Assembly: GCA_965656525.1 (NCBI GenBank)
Contig: CBFHKY010000017.1
Location: 7,924-71,923, forward strand
Direction of reading: 5' to 3'
DNA: 64,000 nt
Source of the DNA: Pseudomaricurvus sp.
GTDB lineage: Bacteria; Pseudomonadota; Gammaproteobacteria; Pseudomonadales; Cellvibrionaceae
Positions 29,644 to 40,751 of the stretch are shown one piece after another. A program made the translations under genes and the position numbers. The number at the start of each line of letters is the position of its first letter. Position 1 is the stretch's first letter. The notes under the pieces are model-generated. The model did no database searches and was not told where the DNA came from. It worked only from the letters and a program-made list of their open reading frames with translations.

Positions 29644-31080
29644 CTAGTGACTTGGGCCTATAAAGCTGGTTTCCTCCTCAGCATTGATATTTTCATCGTC
29701 TATCGCCGATACATTAAAGCGGATTGTCGCCTTAGAAGATGTTAACTGGTCTTTTGGTACAGATACCCTCACCGGTATGGTGAACACTTCTCCAGCTTCT
29801 AGCTCTAATGCGCGGTAGCCCTTAAGTTTATAATCGCCATCCCCCTCTACTTCAATGCGATAACTGTGTGGCCGCTCATCCATATTGTTGATTTTCACGG
29901 TATACACATTTTGCACCTGATCGTTGCGCAAACGGTACATATTCGCACCTCGATCACGAATAACGTCCACCGACACTGGCTGACGCGTACCAACGGTGTA
30001 GGCAAAAGCCATAATCATGGCCAATACGGCAAATGAGTAACCGAATAAGCGCGGCCGTAAAAAGTGAGTTTTCCCGTTTTCGAGCTCATCTTCCGACGTA
30101 TACCGGATCAAGCCTCGCTCATAACCCATTTTGTCCATCACTTGATTACACGCATCCACACAGAGCCCACAGTTAATACAGTCGTACTGAAGGCCATCGC
30201 GGATATCAATATCTACCGGACACACCTGCACACACCAAGAGCAATCAATGCAATCCCCTTTACCTGCAGCCTTGTAATCCTCATGAGCTTTGCGTGGTCC
30301 GCGAGCTTCACCTCGCGCACGGTCATAATGAACAGCCAGCGTATCAGTATCGTACATCACAGACTGAAAACGCGCGTATGGGCACATGTACTTACACACC
30401 TGTTCGCGCAGCCAGCCCGCATTCATGTATGTCATAACCGTAAAAAACAGCGTCCAAAACGCCGCTACAGGGTGCACGCCGAAAGTGACATAACCGTTAT
30501 CCCCGACGGAGGGCAGAAACCCTAAAAGTAGCTCTCTCACTGGAGTAAAATAGCCTACAAAAGTGATCCCAGTGACAAAAGCGATCAATAGCCAGAGAAA
30601 GTGCTTGGCGCCTTTTCGCCCCACTTTTTCTAAGCTCCAACCCTGTTTATCAAGCTTGATCATTTTGTTGCGATCGCCCTCGCAAACATGCTCGGCCCAA
30701 ATAAACATCAGGGTCCAGACAGTTTGTGGGCATGTAAAACCACACCACACTCGGCCAACCAACACAGTAACCGTGAACAAGGTGAAGGCTGCAATGATCA
30801 GTAGCCACGCTAATAACATGCCGTCCTGCGGCCAGAAGGTCATCCAGAGGATGTGGAATTTTCGCGCGGGAAGGTCAAACAGCATCGCAGGGCGGCCATC
30901 AATGACCAACCAAGGCATCAGGATAAAACCTATCAGTAAAGGCAACCCGGTATAACGACGGATCTTTTGAAAAAAACCTGAGATTTTGCGTGTGTACACG
31001 CGGCCATTGCTGTCGTAGAGCATCCTATAACGAACTTGCTCGCTATCATTGGCTTCTACGGTCGGGATTTTATCTCCCAT
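29644..31080 (-). CDS. ccoG: cbb3 accessory protein CcoG (4Fe-4S, cupric reductase)
   Basis: GRVWCGFTCPQTVW, CKYMCPY, CIDCSWCVQVCP, CINCGLCVDAC. Confidence 0.96.
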   Translation of the reverse strand: MGDKIPTVEANDSEQVRYRMLYDSNGRVYTRKISGFFQKIRRYTGLPLLIGFILMPWLVIDGRPAMLFDLPARKFHILWMTFWPQDGMLLAWLLIIAAFTLFTVTVLVGRVWCGFTCPQTVWTLMFIWAEHVCEGDRNKMIKLDKQGWSLEKVGRKGAKHFLWLLIAFVTGITFVGYFTPVRELLLGFLPSVGDNGYVTFGVHPVAAFWTLFFTVMTYMNAGWLREQVCKYMCPYARFQSVMYDTDTLAVHYDRARGEARGPRKAHEDYKAAGKGDCIDCSWCVQVCPVDIDIRDGLQYDCINCGLCVDACNQVMDKMGYERGLIRYTSEDELENGKTHFLRPRLFGYSFAVLAMIMAFAYTVGTRQPVSVDVIRDRGANMYRLRNDQVQNVYTVKINNMDERPHSYRIEVEGDGDYKLKGYRALELEAGEVFTIPVRVSVPKDQLTSSKATIRFNVSAIDDENINAEEETSFIGPSH

Positions 31081-31333
31081 TGTCTCTGCTCCTGTCCAAA
31101 CGGCTAAAATTGAGACTCTCCGGCCCCTTCAGCTGGTTTTATCGACCTACGTTGATTCAGTGGTAAAAACATCCAGTTGAGTGATCATTGTAACGCCCTC
31201 CTGTTGTCCTTGATTTGACCAAACGCAAATCGACTGCAATTTACCTTGTTTGCTTCAATGTGCGTAACGCGCATTTCCGAATAGGTTTAACAGTGAATAC
31301 CATGACGACTCTGAGCGACCAATGGTAAGCCAC

Positions 31334-31373
31334 AGACACAAAAAAGCCCCAGTAGTGGGGCTTTTTTGTGTCT
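31334..31373. terminator. Intrinsic terminator after ccoP
   Basis: AGACACAAAAAAGCCCC-agtagt-GGGGCTTTTTTGTGTCT perfect inverted repeat. Confidence 0.9.
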
Positions 31374-31400
31374 TAATCGTTCATGTTTACCAGCAACACA

Positions 31401-32315
31401 TTACTCATCATCCATCGACAAGCTGTAGACATACGCGGCTAATAAATGAATTTTATCTTCACGTAATTTATCTTGTTGTGCGGGCATCTGATTAGCACGA
31501 CCGTTGCGAATAGAATGGCGTATTTCTGAACGCAATTCTTCAGGGTCGCCATTACTGTACAGCCAGATGTTATCCGTTAAGTTCGGTGCTCCAAGCGCAT
31601 GCAAACCCTTGCCATCAGCGCCGTGACAAACCGCGCAGTTTTGAGCAAACACACCACTGCCCTTCTCCGCTAAAGCTTCATCGTGTTCATTGCCCGACAT
31701 CTTTAAAACATACTCGGCCGATGCCACTACATTCGCTTCACCGATGATAGGCCCCCACGCTGGCATATTACCGTTGCGACCATAAACCAAGGTTTGCTTA
31801 ATCGTCGCGGGGCTACCACCGTACAACCAGTCATTGTCGGTCAAGTTAGGGAAACCATAACCACCACTGCCGTCGGCGCCATGACAAACTGCACAGTTAT
31901 TGGCAAACAAACGAACACCCATCTTTAAAGCAGCTGGGTCTTGAGCAACCTCTTCAATGGGCATGTCTGCATATTTCGCGAACATGGGGCCAAACTTTTC
32001 TCGCGCATCCTGCTGACGACTTTCTAACTGGTTAACAGACGTCCAGCCCAACAAGCCTTTCCAATTCCCCAACCCTGGGTACAGAGCCAAATAGATCAAC
32101 CCAAAAATAAACGTGATGATAAACATCATAAACCACCATTTAGGCAGAGGGTTGTCGTACTCCTCAATGCCATCATAAACATGGCCGGTGGTTTTATTTT
32201 CTGGGTCAGCTTCATCATCGACAGCCACTTTGCGGTTGGCCATCAGCACCCAGAAGATCAATGCTAGGTTAATCGCCGTTAACCCTGTAATCCAAAGGCT
32301 CCAAAAAGTACTCAT
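31401..32315 (-). CDS. ccoP: cbb3 cytochrome c oxidase subunit III
   Basis: TTGHVYDGIEEYDNPLPKWW; two CAVCH haem motifs. Confidence 0.97.
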   Translation of the reverse strand: MSTFWSLWITGLTAINLALIFWVLMANRKVAVDDEADPENKTTGHVYDGIEEYDNPLPKWWFMMFIITFIFGLIYLALYPGLGNWKGLLGWTSVNQLESRQQDAREKFGPMFAKYADMPIEEVAQDPAALKMGVRLFANNCAVCHGADGSGGYGFPNLTDNDWLYGGSPATIKQTLVYGRNGNMPAWGPIIGEANVVASAEYVLKMSGNEHDEALAEKGSGVFAQNCAVCHGADGKGLHALGAPNLTDNIWLYSNGDPEELRSEIRHSIRNGRANQMPAQQDKLREDKIHLLAAYVYSLSMDDE

Positions 32316-32318
32316 AAT

Positions 32319-32510
32319 TTATCCTGCCTTGTCTTCATCTTTTTTAGGATGAAGTTCTTGGTGTTGTGGATCGGCATCATCGGCAAATGGCAGTTTAGCC
32401 GCCTCATCAAACTGTTTACGGCGGCTAGGCGAAAAAGCCCACCAGCAGATTCCCAAAAAGGCAATCATGACGAAAACCGTCCCTAAACCTCTTAATGTAT
32501 TTATATCCAT
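32319..32510 (-). CDS. ccoQ: cbb3 oxidase subunit CcoQ
   Basis: MDINTLRG...FDEAAKLPF. Confidence 0.93.
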   Translation of the reverse strand: MDINTLRGLGTVFVMIAFLGICWWAFSPSRRKQFDEAAKLPFADDADPQHQELHPKKDEDKAG

Positions 32511-32557
32511 GATGTCGCTCCCTTCTCTTACTCGCTTAGGCTTTCACTAAAAAGCGA

Positions 32558-33169
32558 TTAACGTTTCTGTTGCAACAACGTTCCAAGCTGCTGTAAATAC
32601 GCCACCAAAGCATCCAGTTCAGTAACACCTTTCACAGCCTCTTGCGCACCAGCAATGTCTTCGTCGGTATAAGGCACACCCACAGAACGCAGTGCAGCCA
32701 TCTTCTTACCGGTATCCTCACCATCAAGAACATTATCAAACAGCCAAGGGAAAGCAGGCATGTTAGATTCTGGAACAACGTTACGAGGGTTATACAAATG
32801 CGCTTTGTGCCACGCATCTGAGTAACGTCCACCTACGCGAGCAAGGTCAGGACCAGTACGCTTAGACCCCCACAAGAACGGATGGTCATAAACCGACTCA
32901 CCCGCTACAGAGTAGTGACCGTAACGCTCCACTTCGGCACGCAGGGGGCGAATCATTTGCGTGTGACACACGTGACAACCTTCACGGATATAGATGTCAC
33001 GCCCTTCCAGCTCTACAGCAGTCCAAGGCTCCAAACCTTCCACAGGTTCAGTGGTTTCTTTGAGAAAAAACTGAGGAACGATTTCTACCAGCCCGCCAAA
33101 ACTGATGGCCACAACCGCCAGAACCATCAACAGGCCAATGTTTTTTTCTACGATATCATGATTTTTCAC
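32558..33169 (-). CDS. ccoO: cbb3 oxidase subunit II
   Basis: [34 protein letters not shown]. Confidence 0.97.
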   Translation of the reverse strand: MKNHDIVEKNIGLLMVLAVVAISFGGLVEIVPQFFLKETTEPVEGLEPWTAVELEGRDIYIREGCHVCHTQMIRPLRAEVERYGHYSVAGESVYDHPFLWGSKRTGPDLARVGGRYSDAWHKAHLYNPRNVVPESNMPAFPWLFDNVLDGEDTGKKMAALRSVGVPYTDEDIAGAQEAVKGVTELDALVAYLQQLGTLLQQKR

Positions 33170-33184
33170 AGTCGCTCTCCCCCC

Positions 33185-34627
33185 TTACGCCGTTTGCGGC
33201 TGTGTTTGAACAGACTCTTCTTTAGAGCCTGCCATGGTTTTATAGGTGTTCAGCGCCATTAGCAACATACCGGCAAGGAAGAAGGCACCACCAAGCACTC
33301 GAACAAAGTAACCCGGATAACTCGCTTCAACCGCCTCTGCGAAACTGTATGTCAATGTTCCATCGGTGTTGAATGCGCGCCACATCAAACCTTGCATAAT
33401 GCCGTTCACCCACATAGCAGCGATATAAAGAACAGTACCAATCGTCGCCAACCAAAAATGCACGTTAATCAGCTTGGTGCTCCACATTGATTGACGCCCT
33501 GCCAATATAGGCAACAAATGGTAAATAGAGCCAATAGAAATCATCGCTACCCAACCCAACGCGCCAGAGTGCACGTGACCAATGGTCCAGTCAGTATTGT
33601 GTGACAATGCATTAACGGTTTTGATGGCCATCATCGGGCCTTCAAAAGTAGACATGCCGTAGAATGACAAAGAAACCACCAAGAAGCGCAAGGTTGGATC
33701 GGTACGCAACTTATGCCAAGCACCAGAAAGCGTCATGATGCCATTGATCATGCCGCCCCAAGACGGTGCTAACAAAATCAAAGACATTACCATGCCTAAA
33801 CTCTGTGCCCAGTCAGGCAGTGCAGAGTAATGCAAGTGGTGAGAACCTGCCCAAATGTACAAGCTGATCAGTGCCCAGAAATGCACGATAGACAGCTGAT
33901 AGGAATAAACGGGGCGACCCGCTTGCTTAGGCACAAAGTAGTACATCATGCCCAAAAATCCTGCCGTCAGGAAGAAACCCACAGCGTTATGGCCGTACCA
34001 CCATTGAATCATCGCGTCCATCGCACCGGAGTATGCGGAATAAGACTTCGTCAGCGTGACCGGCACCGACATACTGTTAACGATGTGCAGCAGTGCAATG
34101 GTGATAATAAACGCACCAAAGAACCAGTTCGCCACGTAAATGTGTGAGGTTTTGCGCTTCACAATTGTGCCAAAAAACACAATCGCGTAGGAAATCCACA
34201 CCACAGCCAAGAGAATATCAATGGGCCACTCTAGCTCGGCATACTCTTTCGCGGAGGTATAACCCAAAGGCAAGGTAATTGCGGCTAGCACAATAACCAG
34301 CTGCCATCCCCAAAAGGTAAAAGGCACCAACCAGCCACCAAATAATGGCGCTTGGCAGGTTCTTTGAACAACATAGTAAGACGTCGCGAACAGCGCACTG
34401 CCACCAAACGCAAAAATAACAGCGTTAGTGTGCAAAGGACGCAGACGCCCAAAGTGAGAGTACGGCTGAAACAAATCATTCAACTGCGGCCATACCAGCT
34501 GTGAAGCGATCAGCACCCCAACAGCCATTCCGACTACGCCCCAAACGACGGTCATTACGGCAAATTGGCGTACTACGTTGTAGTCATATGCGGGCTGTTC
34601 GCCAGCCGCGGCCAGATTACTACTCAT
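33185..34627 (-). CDS. ccoN: cbb3 oxidase subunit I
   Basis: [41 protein letters not shown]. Confidence 0.98.
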   Translation of the reverse strand: MSSNLAAAGEQPAYDYNVVRQFAVMTVVWGVVGMAVGVLIASQLVWPQLNDLFQPYSHFGRLRPLHTNAVIFAFGGSALFATSYYVVQRTCQAPLFGGWLVPFTFWGWQLVIVLAAITLPLGYTSAKEYAELEWPIDILLAVVWISYAIVFFGTIVKRKTSHIYVANWFFGAFIITIALLHIVNSMSVPVTLTKSYSAYSGAMDAMIQWWYGHNAVGFFLTAGFLGMMYYFVPKQAGRPVYSYQLSIVHFWALISLYIWAGSHHLHYSALPDWAQSLGMVMSLILLAPSWGGMINGIMTLSGAWHKLRTDPTLRFLVVSLSFYGMSTFEGPMMAIKTVNALSHNTDWTIGHVHSGALGWVAMISIGSIYHLLPILAGRQSMWSTKLINVHFWLATIGTVLYIAAMWVNGIMQGLMWRAFNTDGTLTYSFAEAVEASYPGYFVRVLGGAFFLAGMLLMALNTYKTMAGSKEESVQTQPQTA

Positions 34628-34752
34628 AGTGACGTTCCTAAATGGTTTTTAATGATAAAAATAAAACTACTGAAACCCATTAACCCAGCTTGTTAGCACC
34701 AACCCCGATGGTGAGTAATGCAGCAGTGTGCCGCAACATCAGACCCAGTTGT

Positions 34753-34766
34753 TTGACGCGCATCAA
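34753..34766. promoter_or_regulatory. FNR/Anr box upstream of ccoN
   Basis: TTGAC-GCGC-ATCAA versus consensus TTGAT-N4-ATCAA. Confidence 0.7.
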
Positions 34767-34921
34767 CGAGTTTGTCATTGATGCGCGCGCAAATCAGAAA
34801 CACTCAATCAGCTTAGGCCATTTGACAGAATTATCTCTCAAATTGCCTATTTAAGCGACGCCTTCAAACCTATGAGCAACCTCAAAGCATTCTGAAATAC
34901 ACAATGCTTATAGGTTACCAA

Positions 34922-36145
34922 TCAACGTAAATTACGGCCTTTTTGTGCCGCTATACGCATACGCAGTGCATTCAACTTAATAAAACCTGCCGCGTCTTTT
35001 TGATCGTAGGCGCCTGCATCGTCTTCAAAAGTTGCAACTTTCTCGTCAAAGAGACTATCTTCAGAGCGTCGACCTACAACGCTCACGGCACCTTTATACA
35101 ACTTCACGCGGACATCGCCATTAACATTGCTCTGTGACTCATCAATCGCTGCTTGCAACATTTTACGCTCTGGGCTCCACCAATAGCCGTTATAGACTAG
35201 TTTGGCGTACTTAGGCATCAATTCATCTTTCAAGTGTGCCGCCTCGCGATCCAAAGTCAGTGACTCAATACCGCGGTGCGCTTTCATCATTACCGTGCCT
35301 GCAGGGGTTTCGTAGCAACCGCGAGATTTCATTCCCACATAACGGTTTTCGACGATATCCAAACGACCCACACCATTAGCACCGGCCACTTTGTTCAAAT
35401 ATTCCATGACGGTTGCTGGACTCATTGACTCACCATCAATAGCAACGATGTCGCCCTTTTCATACGTTAGAACAAGGTAAGTTGGCTCATCGGGAGCCTC
35501 TTCAGGCGTGACCGTCCAGCGCCACATTTCAGGATCGTTGGCCTCCCACCAAGGGTCTTCAAGATTGCCGCCTTCGTAAGAAATATGCAGCAAGTTGGCA
35601 TCCATAGAATAGGGTGATTTTTTCTTTGATGTCGAAAAGTCCACGGGGATTTGGCGGTCTTCACAATACTTCATCAGTGTTTCACGAGACGTCAGATCCC
35701 ATTCGCGCCAGGGCGCTATCACCTGAATACCAGGCATTAACGCATAAGCACCCAGCTCAAATCGAACTTGGTCATTACCTTTACCCGTAGCGCCGTGCGA
35801 AATCGCATCAGCCCCTGTTTCTTCGGCAATTTCGACCAAACGCTTAGCAATCAATGGACGTGCAATCGAGGTACCTAACAGGTATTCACCCTCATAAATG
35901 GCATTGGCGCGAAACATGGGGAACACGAAATCACGTGCAAACTCTTCGCGGAGGTCATCGATGTAAATTTCTTTTACACCCATAGCCTCAGCCTTCGCTC
36001 TGGCAGGTGCAACCTCTTCACCTTGACCGATATCAGCAGTGAAGGTCACCACTTCGCAGTCATAAGTTTCTTGAAGCCATTTGACAATAACCGAGGTATC
36101 TAGACCGCCGGAATAGGCCAAAACTACTTTATTGATCGATGACAT
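34922..36145 (-). CDS. argG: Argininosuccinate synthase
   Basis: [41 protein letters not shown]. Confidence 0.98.
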   Translation of the reverse strand: MSSINKVVLAYSGGLDTSVIVKWLQETYDCEVVTFTADIGQGEEVAPARAKAEAMGVKEIYIDDLREEFARDFVFPMFRANAIYEGEYLLGTSIARPLIAKRLVEIAEETGADAISHGATGKGNDQVRFELGAYALMPGIQVIAPWREWDLTSRETLMKYCEDRQIPVDFSTSKKKSPYSMDANLLHISYEGGNLEDPWWEANDPEMWRWTVTPEEAPDEPTYLVLTYEKGDIVAIDGESMSPATVMEYLNKVAGANGVGRLDIVENRYVGMKSRGCYETPAGTVMMKAHRGIESLTLDREAAHLKDELMPKYAKLVYNGYWWSPERKMLQAAIDESQSNVNGDVRVKLYKGAVSVVGRRSEDSLFDEKVATFEDDAGAYDQKDAAGFIKLNALRMRIAAQKGRNLR

Positions 36146-36345
36146 ATGCATCTCCACGAAACAACGATTGAAATGCCTTTCCCATAAATAAGAAGGGACG
36201 CGGTTTTTTGGGCGCGAATTGTAGCTTTTCTTGAGGATAAATCCCAGCAGATTGCAGGGTCTTTTAGGCAGGAATTAAGAACTGCAATACCGACAGTGCT
36301 TAAATTGACCGTCCAAAATACAAGATGGTTAGATTGTAACCCAGT

Positions 36346-37311
36346 TTAAGTGTCTGATGCAGGCTTTGCGGCCACCGGAGAAGACTTAACCGGCACAGTT
36401 TTTTCTAGCCGAACGGTGACCCGTCGGTTTTTCTCCCGCCCACTGGCGCTGCGATTAGAGGCCACCGGATAGCGCTCGCCGTGCCAACGCACAACAATTT
36501 TGTCTTTTGATATACCTCTTTCAACCAGCTGACGCATAATAAACTCAGCCCGCTGCTGAGATAAATCAAGATTTTCTGTGCGCGTGCCTGAACTGTCTGT
36601 ATGGCCATCAATATAAAATGCCTTTATGGATTTGTCGGCTTTCACATAGGTGGCTATATGATCCAGCTTTTGAACCTCGGCTTTGGGCAAATCATCTATA
36701 CCCGCCTGAAAATAAATAGCGGTGCGATTGATTTGGTCGAAATTTACTGGCAACAGCCCCGTCAAGCACCCTTGATACTCTTCATAAGCGCCGCGAAAGT
36801 TAATCGGACTCAGCACCACATCCATATCGCGCTCTGACTCAAACCAAGCTTTACGGCTAAACACCAATTGCTGACCAGCAAAGAGCTCTTCTAACATGCC
36901 TGCGGACTCTTTAGAGCCCACATTGATCATGCTAACCCCCTTCTTGACCTTAACCATCCCCAGGGTGCGCTCCAGCCCAGAGTGCTTCCAAAGCGGCATT
37001 TGAGACATCAGTTTAGCCTCACCGGCCGCTAATTTTGTGTCCTGTGGGATTAACTGAAACATGCCATCTTCACCAGCCTCATGCACAAATGCCGCCGCCC
37101 CATAAAAAGGGATTTCATGACTTAAGCGGCATTCAAATACTGAGCTTTTGGCCGCCCAGCTGGAGAGGTCAAGGGGCGCCTGATAGCGACTCGTCGCGGC
37201 ATCTACCGACACACAAAGCGCCCACAAAACCACGCCAAAACCGACACCCCCTAAGCTGCGCCCACGCAATACCACTAAAAAATGTAAGTACTTGCAAACC
37301 CACATACGCAA
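36346..37311 (-). CDS. motY: Flagellar stator-associated protein MotY (OmpA C-terminal domain); start uncertain
   Basis: MotY_N-like YQAPLDLSSW...ECRLSHEIPFYG; OmpA motifs DGHTDSSG, NLDLSQQRA, NRRV. Confidence 0.8.
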   Translation of the reverse strand: MRMWVCKYLHFLVVLRGRSLGGVGFGVVLWALCVSVDAATSRYQAPLDLSSWAAKSSVFECRLSHEIPFYGAAAFVHEAGEDGMFQLIPQDTKLAAGEAKLMSQMPLWKHSGLERTLGMVKVKKGVSMINVGSKESAGMLEELFAGQQLVFSRKAWFESERDMDVVLSPINFRGAYEEYQGCLTGLLPVNFDQINRTAIYFQAGIDDLPKAEVQKLDHIATYVKADKSIKAFYIDGHTDSSGTRTENLDLSQQRAEFIMRQLVERGISKDKIVVRWHGERYPVASNRSASGREKNRRVTVRLEKTVPVKSSPVAAKPASDT

Positions 37312-37423
37312 ACATTAACCTCACTTAGAACTTCTCGTAACAGTTATCGGCCTATTCGAGCTGTGCTTTAACCCCTTTTTTCGGTAGCATTCCCTCCCTG
37401 CCGATCGTTTTTTGGAGCTACCA

Positions 37424-38476
37424 ATGCCTGAACCGACATCCACTGTCGACACTTTAACCATTACCCGACCTGATGACTGGCATATCCACCTACGTGACGG
37501 TGACGCTCTGGGCAGTACCGTCCCAGATGTGGCAAACACTTTTGGCCGCGCCATTATCATGCCAAACTTGGTGCCACCGGTTTTAAATGCTGAACAAATC
37601 ACGCAATACCGTGAACGTATTTTAGCTCAAAAACCTGCCAACTCAGTATTTGAGCCCCTGATGGTGATGTACTTAACCGACAACACAACACCGGCCGATA
37701 TCGCCGCCGCTAGCCAAGCAGGTGCGGTTGCTTGCAAGCTGTACCCTGCAGGTGCCACAACCAATTCTGACTCAGGCGTTACCGATCTGCGTAAAGTTTA
37801 CCCAGCATTGGAAGCCATGCAGGCCAATAACATGCGGTTTTTAATGCACGGCGAGGTGACCGACAGCAACATCGATATTTTTGACCGCGAAAAGGTTTTC
37901 ATTGATCGCACTTTGGTAAATTTGACCAAAGATTTTCCAGAGCTGCGCATGGTGCTAGAGCACATTACCACGAAAGACTCTGCCGATTTTGTGGCTCAAT
38001 CAAGCACGCCTATTGCGGCCACTATTACGGCGCACCACCTGCTTTTCAATCGCAATCATATGCTGGCAGGGGGCATTCGACCGCACTATTATTGCCTGCC
38101 AATCCTTAAACGTAACACCCATCAAGAAGCGCTAATTGCTGCAGCGACCAGCGGCAACCACAAGTTTTTTCTAGGTACCGACTCCGCTCCTCACGCACGC
38201 AATAAAAAAGAAGCCGCCTGTGGCTGCGCCGGCGCCTACACCGCATTTCATGGCATCGAACTTTATGCCGAAGTGTTTGATAGAGCCGGTGCTCTGGATA
38301 AGCTGGAAAACTTTGCCAGCGTATTTGGGCCTGCATTTTATGACTTACCACAAAACACTGACACCATCACTCTGAGCCGCGAATCGTGGCAGATTCCAGA
38401 CCGCTTATCCTTGGGTAATGAAGAACTCACCCCTCTGATGGCAGGAGAAACTCTCCATTGGCGTCGTACAGCCTAA
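37424..38476 (+). CDS. pyrC: Dihydroorotase
   Basis: [35 protein letters not shown]. Confidence 0.97.
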   Translation: MPEPTSTVDTLTITRPDDWHIHLRDGDALGSTVPDVANTFGRAIIMPNLVPPVLNAEQITQYRERILAQKPANSVFEPLMVMYLTDNTTPADIAAASQAGAVACKLYPAGATTNSDSGVTDLRKVYPALEAMQANNMRFLMHGEVTDSNIDIFDREKVFIDRTLVNLTKDFPELRMVLEHITTKDSADFVAQSSTPIAATITAHHLLFNRNHMLAGGIRPHYYCLPILKRNTHQEALIAAATSGNHKFFLGTDSAPHARNKKEAACGCAGAYTAFHGIELYAEVFDRAGALDKLENFASVFGPAFYDLPQNTDTITLSRESWQIPDRLSLGNEELTPLMAGETLHWRRTA

Positions 38477-38492
38477 GCTTAAGGAGCTCCAA

Positions 38493-39185
38493 ATGAGCAC
38501 TATGGAACCAGCCGTCACTCTTGATAAAGATCACAGCAAGTCGGCTCTTGCTATGCGTTTTAGAGGCTTTCTGCCGGTCATCGTGGACGTGGAGACGGGC
38601 GGTTTCGAATCCGAGACTGATGCACTTCTAGAAATTGCCGCCGTCACTCTAGAGATTGACGACAACGGTTTGCTTAGCCGAGGAGAAACCTTCGATTACC
38701 ACATCGAACCGTTTGAAGGCGCCAACATTGAGCAGTCTGCATTAGATTTCACTGGAATCGACCTAGAAAGCCCTGATCGTCCTGCTATGCCTGAATTCAT
38801 CGCATTGCCCGAACTGTTTCGCGATATTCGACGCGCAGTCAAACAGCATGGCTGTACTCGGGCTGTTATGGTTGCTCACAACGCTCATTTCGATTTAGGG
38901 TTTGTGAATGCCGCCGCTAACCGCTGCGAGATCAAACGTAATCCCTTCCACCCTTTTAGCTGTTTCGACACCGCGACCTTAAGCGGCTTGGCCTTTGGCC
39001 AAACCGTGCTGGCCAAGACCTGCCAACTGGCAGGGATTGAGTTTTCCAACAGCGAAGCACACTCAGCCGCTTACGATGCTGAAAAAACGGCCGATCTGTT
39101 CTGCTTGATTGTCAATCGCTGGCAAACCTTAGGCGGCTGGCCATTACAAGAACCTACGCCGGCGGATGACAAGCCCGCCCAGTGA
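38493..39185 (+). CDS. rnt: Ribonuclease T
   Basis: RFRGFLPVIVDVETGGF, AHNAHFD, NPFHPFS, AHSAAYD. Confidence 0.97.
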   Translation: MSTMEPAVTLDKDHSKSALAMRFRGFLPVIVDVETGGFESETDALLEIAAVTLEIDDNGLLSRGETFDYHIEPFEGANIEQSALDFTGIDLESPDRPAMPEFIALPELFRDIRRAVKQHGCTRAVMVAHNAHFDLGFVNAAANRCEIKRNPFHPFSCFDTATLSGLAFGQTVLAKTCQLAGIEFSNSEAHSAAYDAEKTADLFCLIVNRWQTLGGWPLQEPTPADDKPAQ

Positions 39186-39214
39186 AGCAGTGAAGCCATT
39201 TACAAAACCAAGCC

Positions 39215-39244
39215 AAAAAAAAGGGCCGCCCTTCGGCGACCCTT
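39215..39244 (-). terminator. Intrinsic terminator between convergent rnt and peroxiredoxin
   Basis: AAGGG(C)CGCC-cttc-GGCG(A)CCCTT stem with a minus-strand U-tract. Confidence 0.75.
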
Positions 39245-39264
39245 CTCTATAACAACCTTAGAAA

Positions 39265-39867
39265 TTACAAGTTGTCAGCATTCTCGCTCAGGTAAGCGGC
39301 CACACCGTCTGGTGAAGCGGTCATACCTTTGTCGCCCTTGTTCCAACCGGCAGGGCATACTTCACCGTGCTCTTGGTGGAATGCCAAAGCATCAACCATA
39401 CGCAGCATTTCATCAACGTTACGACCCAGTGGCAAATCGTTAACCACTTGGTGACGAACAACACCTTCTTCGTCAATCAGGAAAGAACCACGGAAAGCAA
39501 CACCACCTGCAGATTCAACATCGTAGGCTTGGCAAATTTCGTGTTTGGTGTCTGCAACCAAAGTGTATTTAACAGGACCGATGCCGCCAGCGTTAACGGG
39601 GGTGTTACGCCATGCGTTGTGAGAAAACTGAGAATCGATAGAAACACCGATAACCTCTACACCGCGCTGCTGGAATTCTTCAAAGCGGTGATCAAAGGCC
39701 AACAGCTCAGAAGGACAAACAAAAGTGAAGTCCAGAGGGTAGAAGAAGATGACAGCTTTCTTGCCTTTTATGGCTTCTGACAGCGTGTATGAGTCTACAA
39801 TTTCGCCACTGCCTAGAACAGCTGCAGCGGTAAAGTCTGGAGCTGGTTTGCTTACTAATACGCCCAT
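39265..39867 (-). CDS. 2-Cys peroxiredoxin (AhpC/TsaA)
   Basis: FYPLDFTFVCP and GEVCPAGW. Confidence 0.95.
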   Translation of the reverse strand: MGVLVSKPAPDFTAAAVLGSGEIVDSYTLSEAIKGKKAVIFFYPLDFTFVCPSELLAFDHRFEEFQQRGVEVIGVSIDSQFSHNAWRNTPVNAGGIGPVKYTLVADTKHEICQAYDVESAGGVAFRGSFLIDEEGVVRHQVVNDLPLGRNVDEMLRMVDALAFHQEHGEVCPAGWNKGDKGMTASPDGVAAYLSENADNL

Positions 39868-40147
39868 AGAAAATCTCCCTTAGAATAGTATTTTGAAGGT
39901 GCAAAAGAATCACCGTAACGAACGGCTACAGCAAAGAATTGGGGCCAACGAGCTCGAAATTCAAGGGTATACCTATGAGAATAATCATGCCCAATAGCAG
40001 TGAGCTATACTACACCGCCTATATACCGAATCACATTAAATTTTTAAATCACCCTGATTGCTCACTTTTAGCTGTAAAACCCACCCGACGCCATCCACTG
40101 AAAAGTTTTGACCTGCATCAAATACAAACGACAATCGATCCCAACTG

Positions 40148-40170
40148 TTATTGACAACAATTCTCGTTAG
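40148..40170. promoter_or_regulatory. Putative Fur box upstream of bfd
   Basis: TGACAACAATTCTCG resembles the Fur 7-1-7 inverted repeat; bfd genes are typically Fur-repressed. Confidence 0.5.
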
Positions 40171-40334
40171 CACTACTATGATTACACGCTCTTATGAACT
40201 CAACTCTCTCAGTAACTGACTACCAAGCGACAGAAGTTGAATTCAGTAATCGTAAGACGGGTTACCCAGCAATCGCTGCCAGACATTAGCCACACACCTG
40301 ACAATGTCGGCAATTGTTTACGAGGTTTTCACTC

Positions 40335-40547
40335 ATGTATGTATGTTTGTGCAAAGGCATTACCGACACGCACATCAAAGATGCGATCTATGGCGGAGCA
40401 ACGACCTTGCGCCAAGTACGCAATGAGCTTGGCGTCATGAGCCAATGTGGGCGCTGTGGCGTAACCACAAAAAAGATCATTGATGACACGCTGGCATCAT
40501 CCGAGATGAACCTGCAAGAACCGGCTTTGTTTTACGCCGCTAGCTAA
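40335..40547 (+). CDS. bfd: Bacterioferritin-associated ferredoxin
   Basis: MYVCLCKGITD...QCGRC 2Fe-2S motif. Confidence 0.92.
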   Translation: MYVCLCKGITDTHIKDAIYGGATTLRQVRNELGVMSQCGRCGVTTKKIIDDTLASSEMNLQEPALFYAAS

Positions 40548-40751
40548 CCTCAAGGGGGTACCTCTCAGTTTTGGTGCCCAACGCCCTCCTAATCAGTTAC
40601 TGAGCGCCCGTTTGGCGAGCCTCAACTTACTCTGTTGATTTCTTCCTCTGAGATCACTTTCTACCCGAGTTTACTGCAGGTATAATCATACCTTCTACAA
40701 TCACCCACGCGCGTTTCAGGCTCCTGAAACCACACTCCGAGGATATACACC

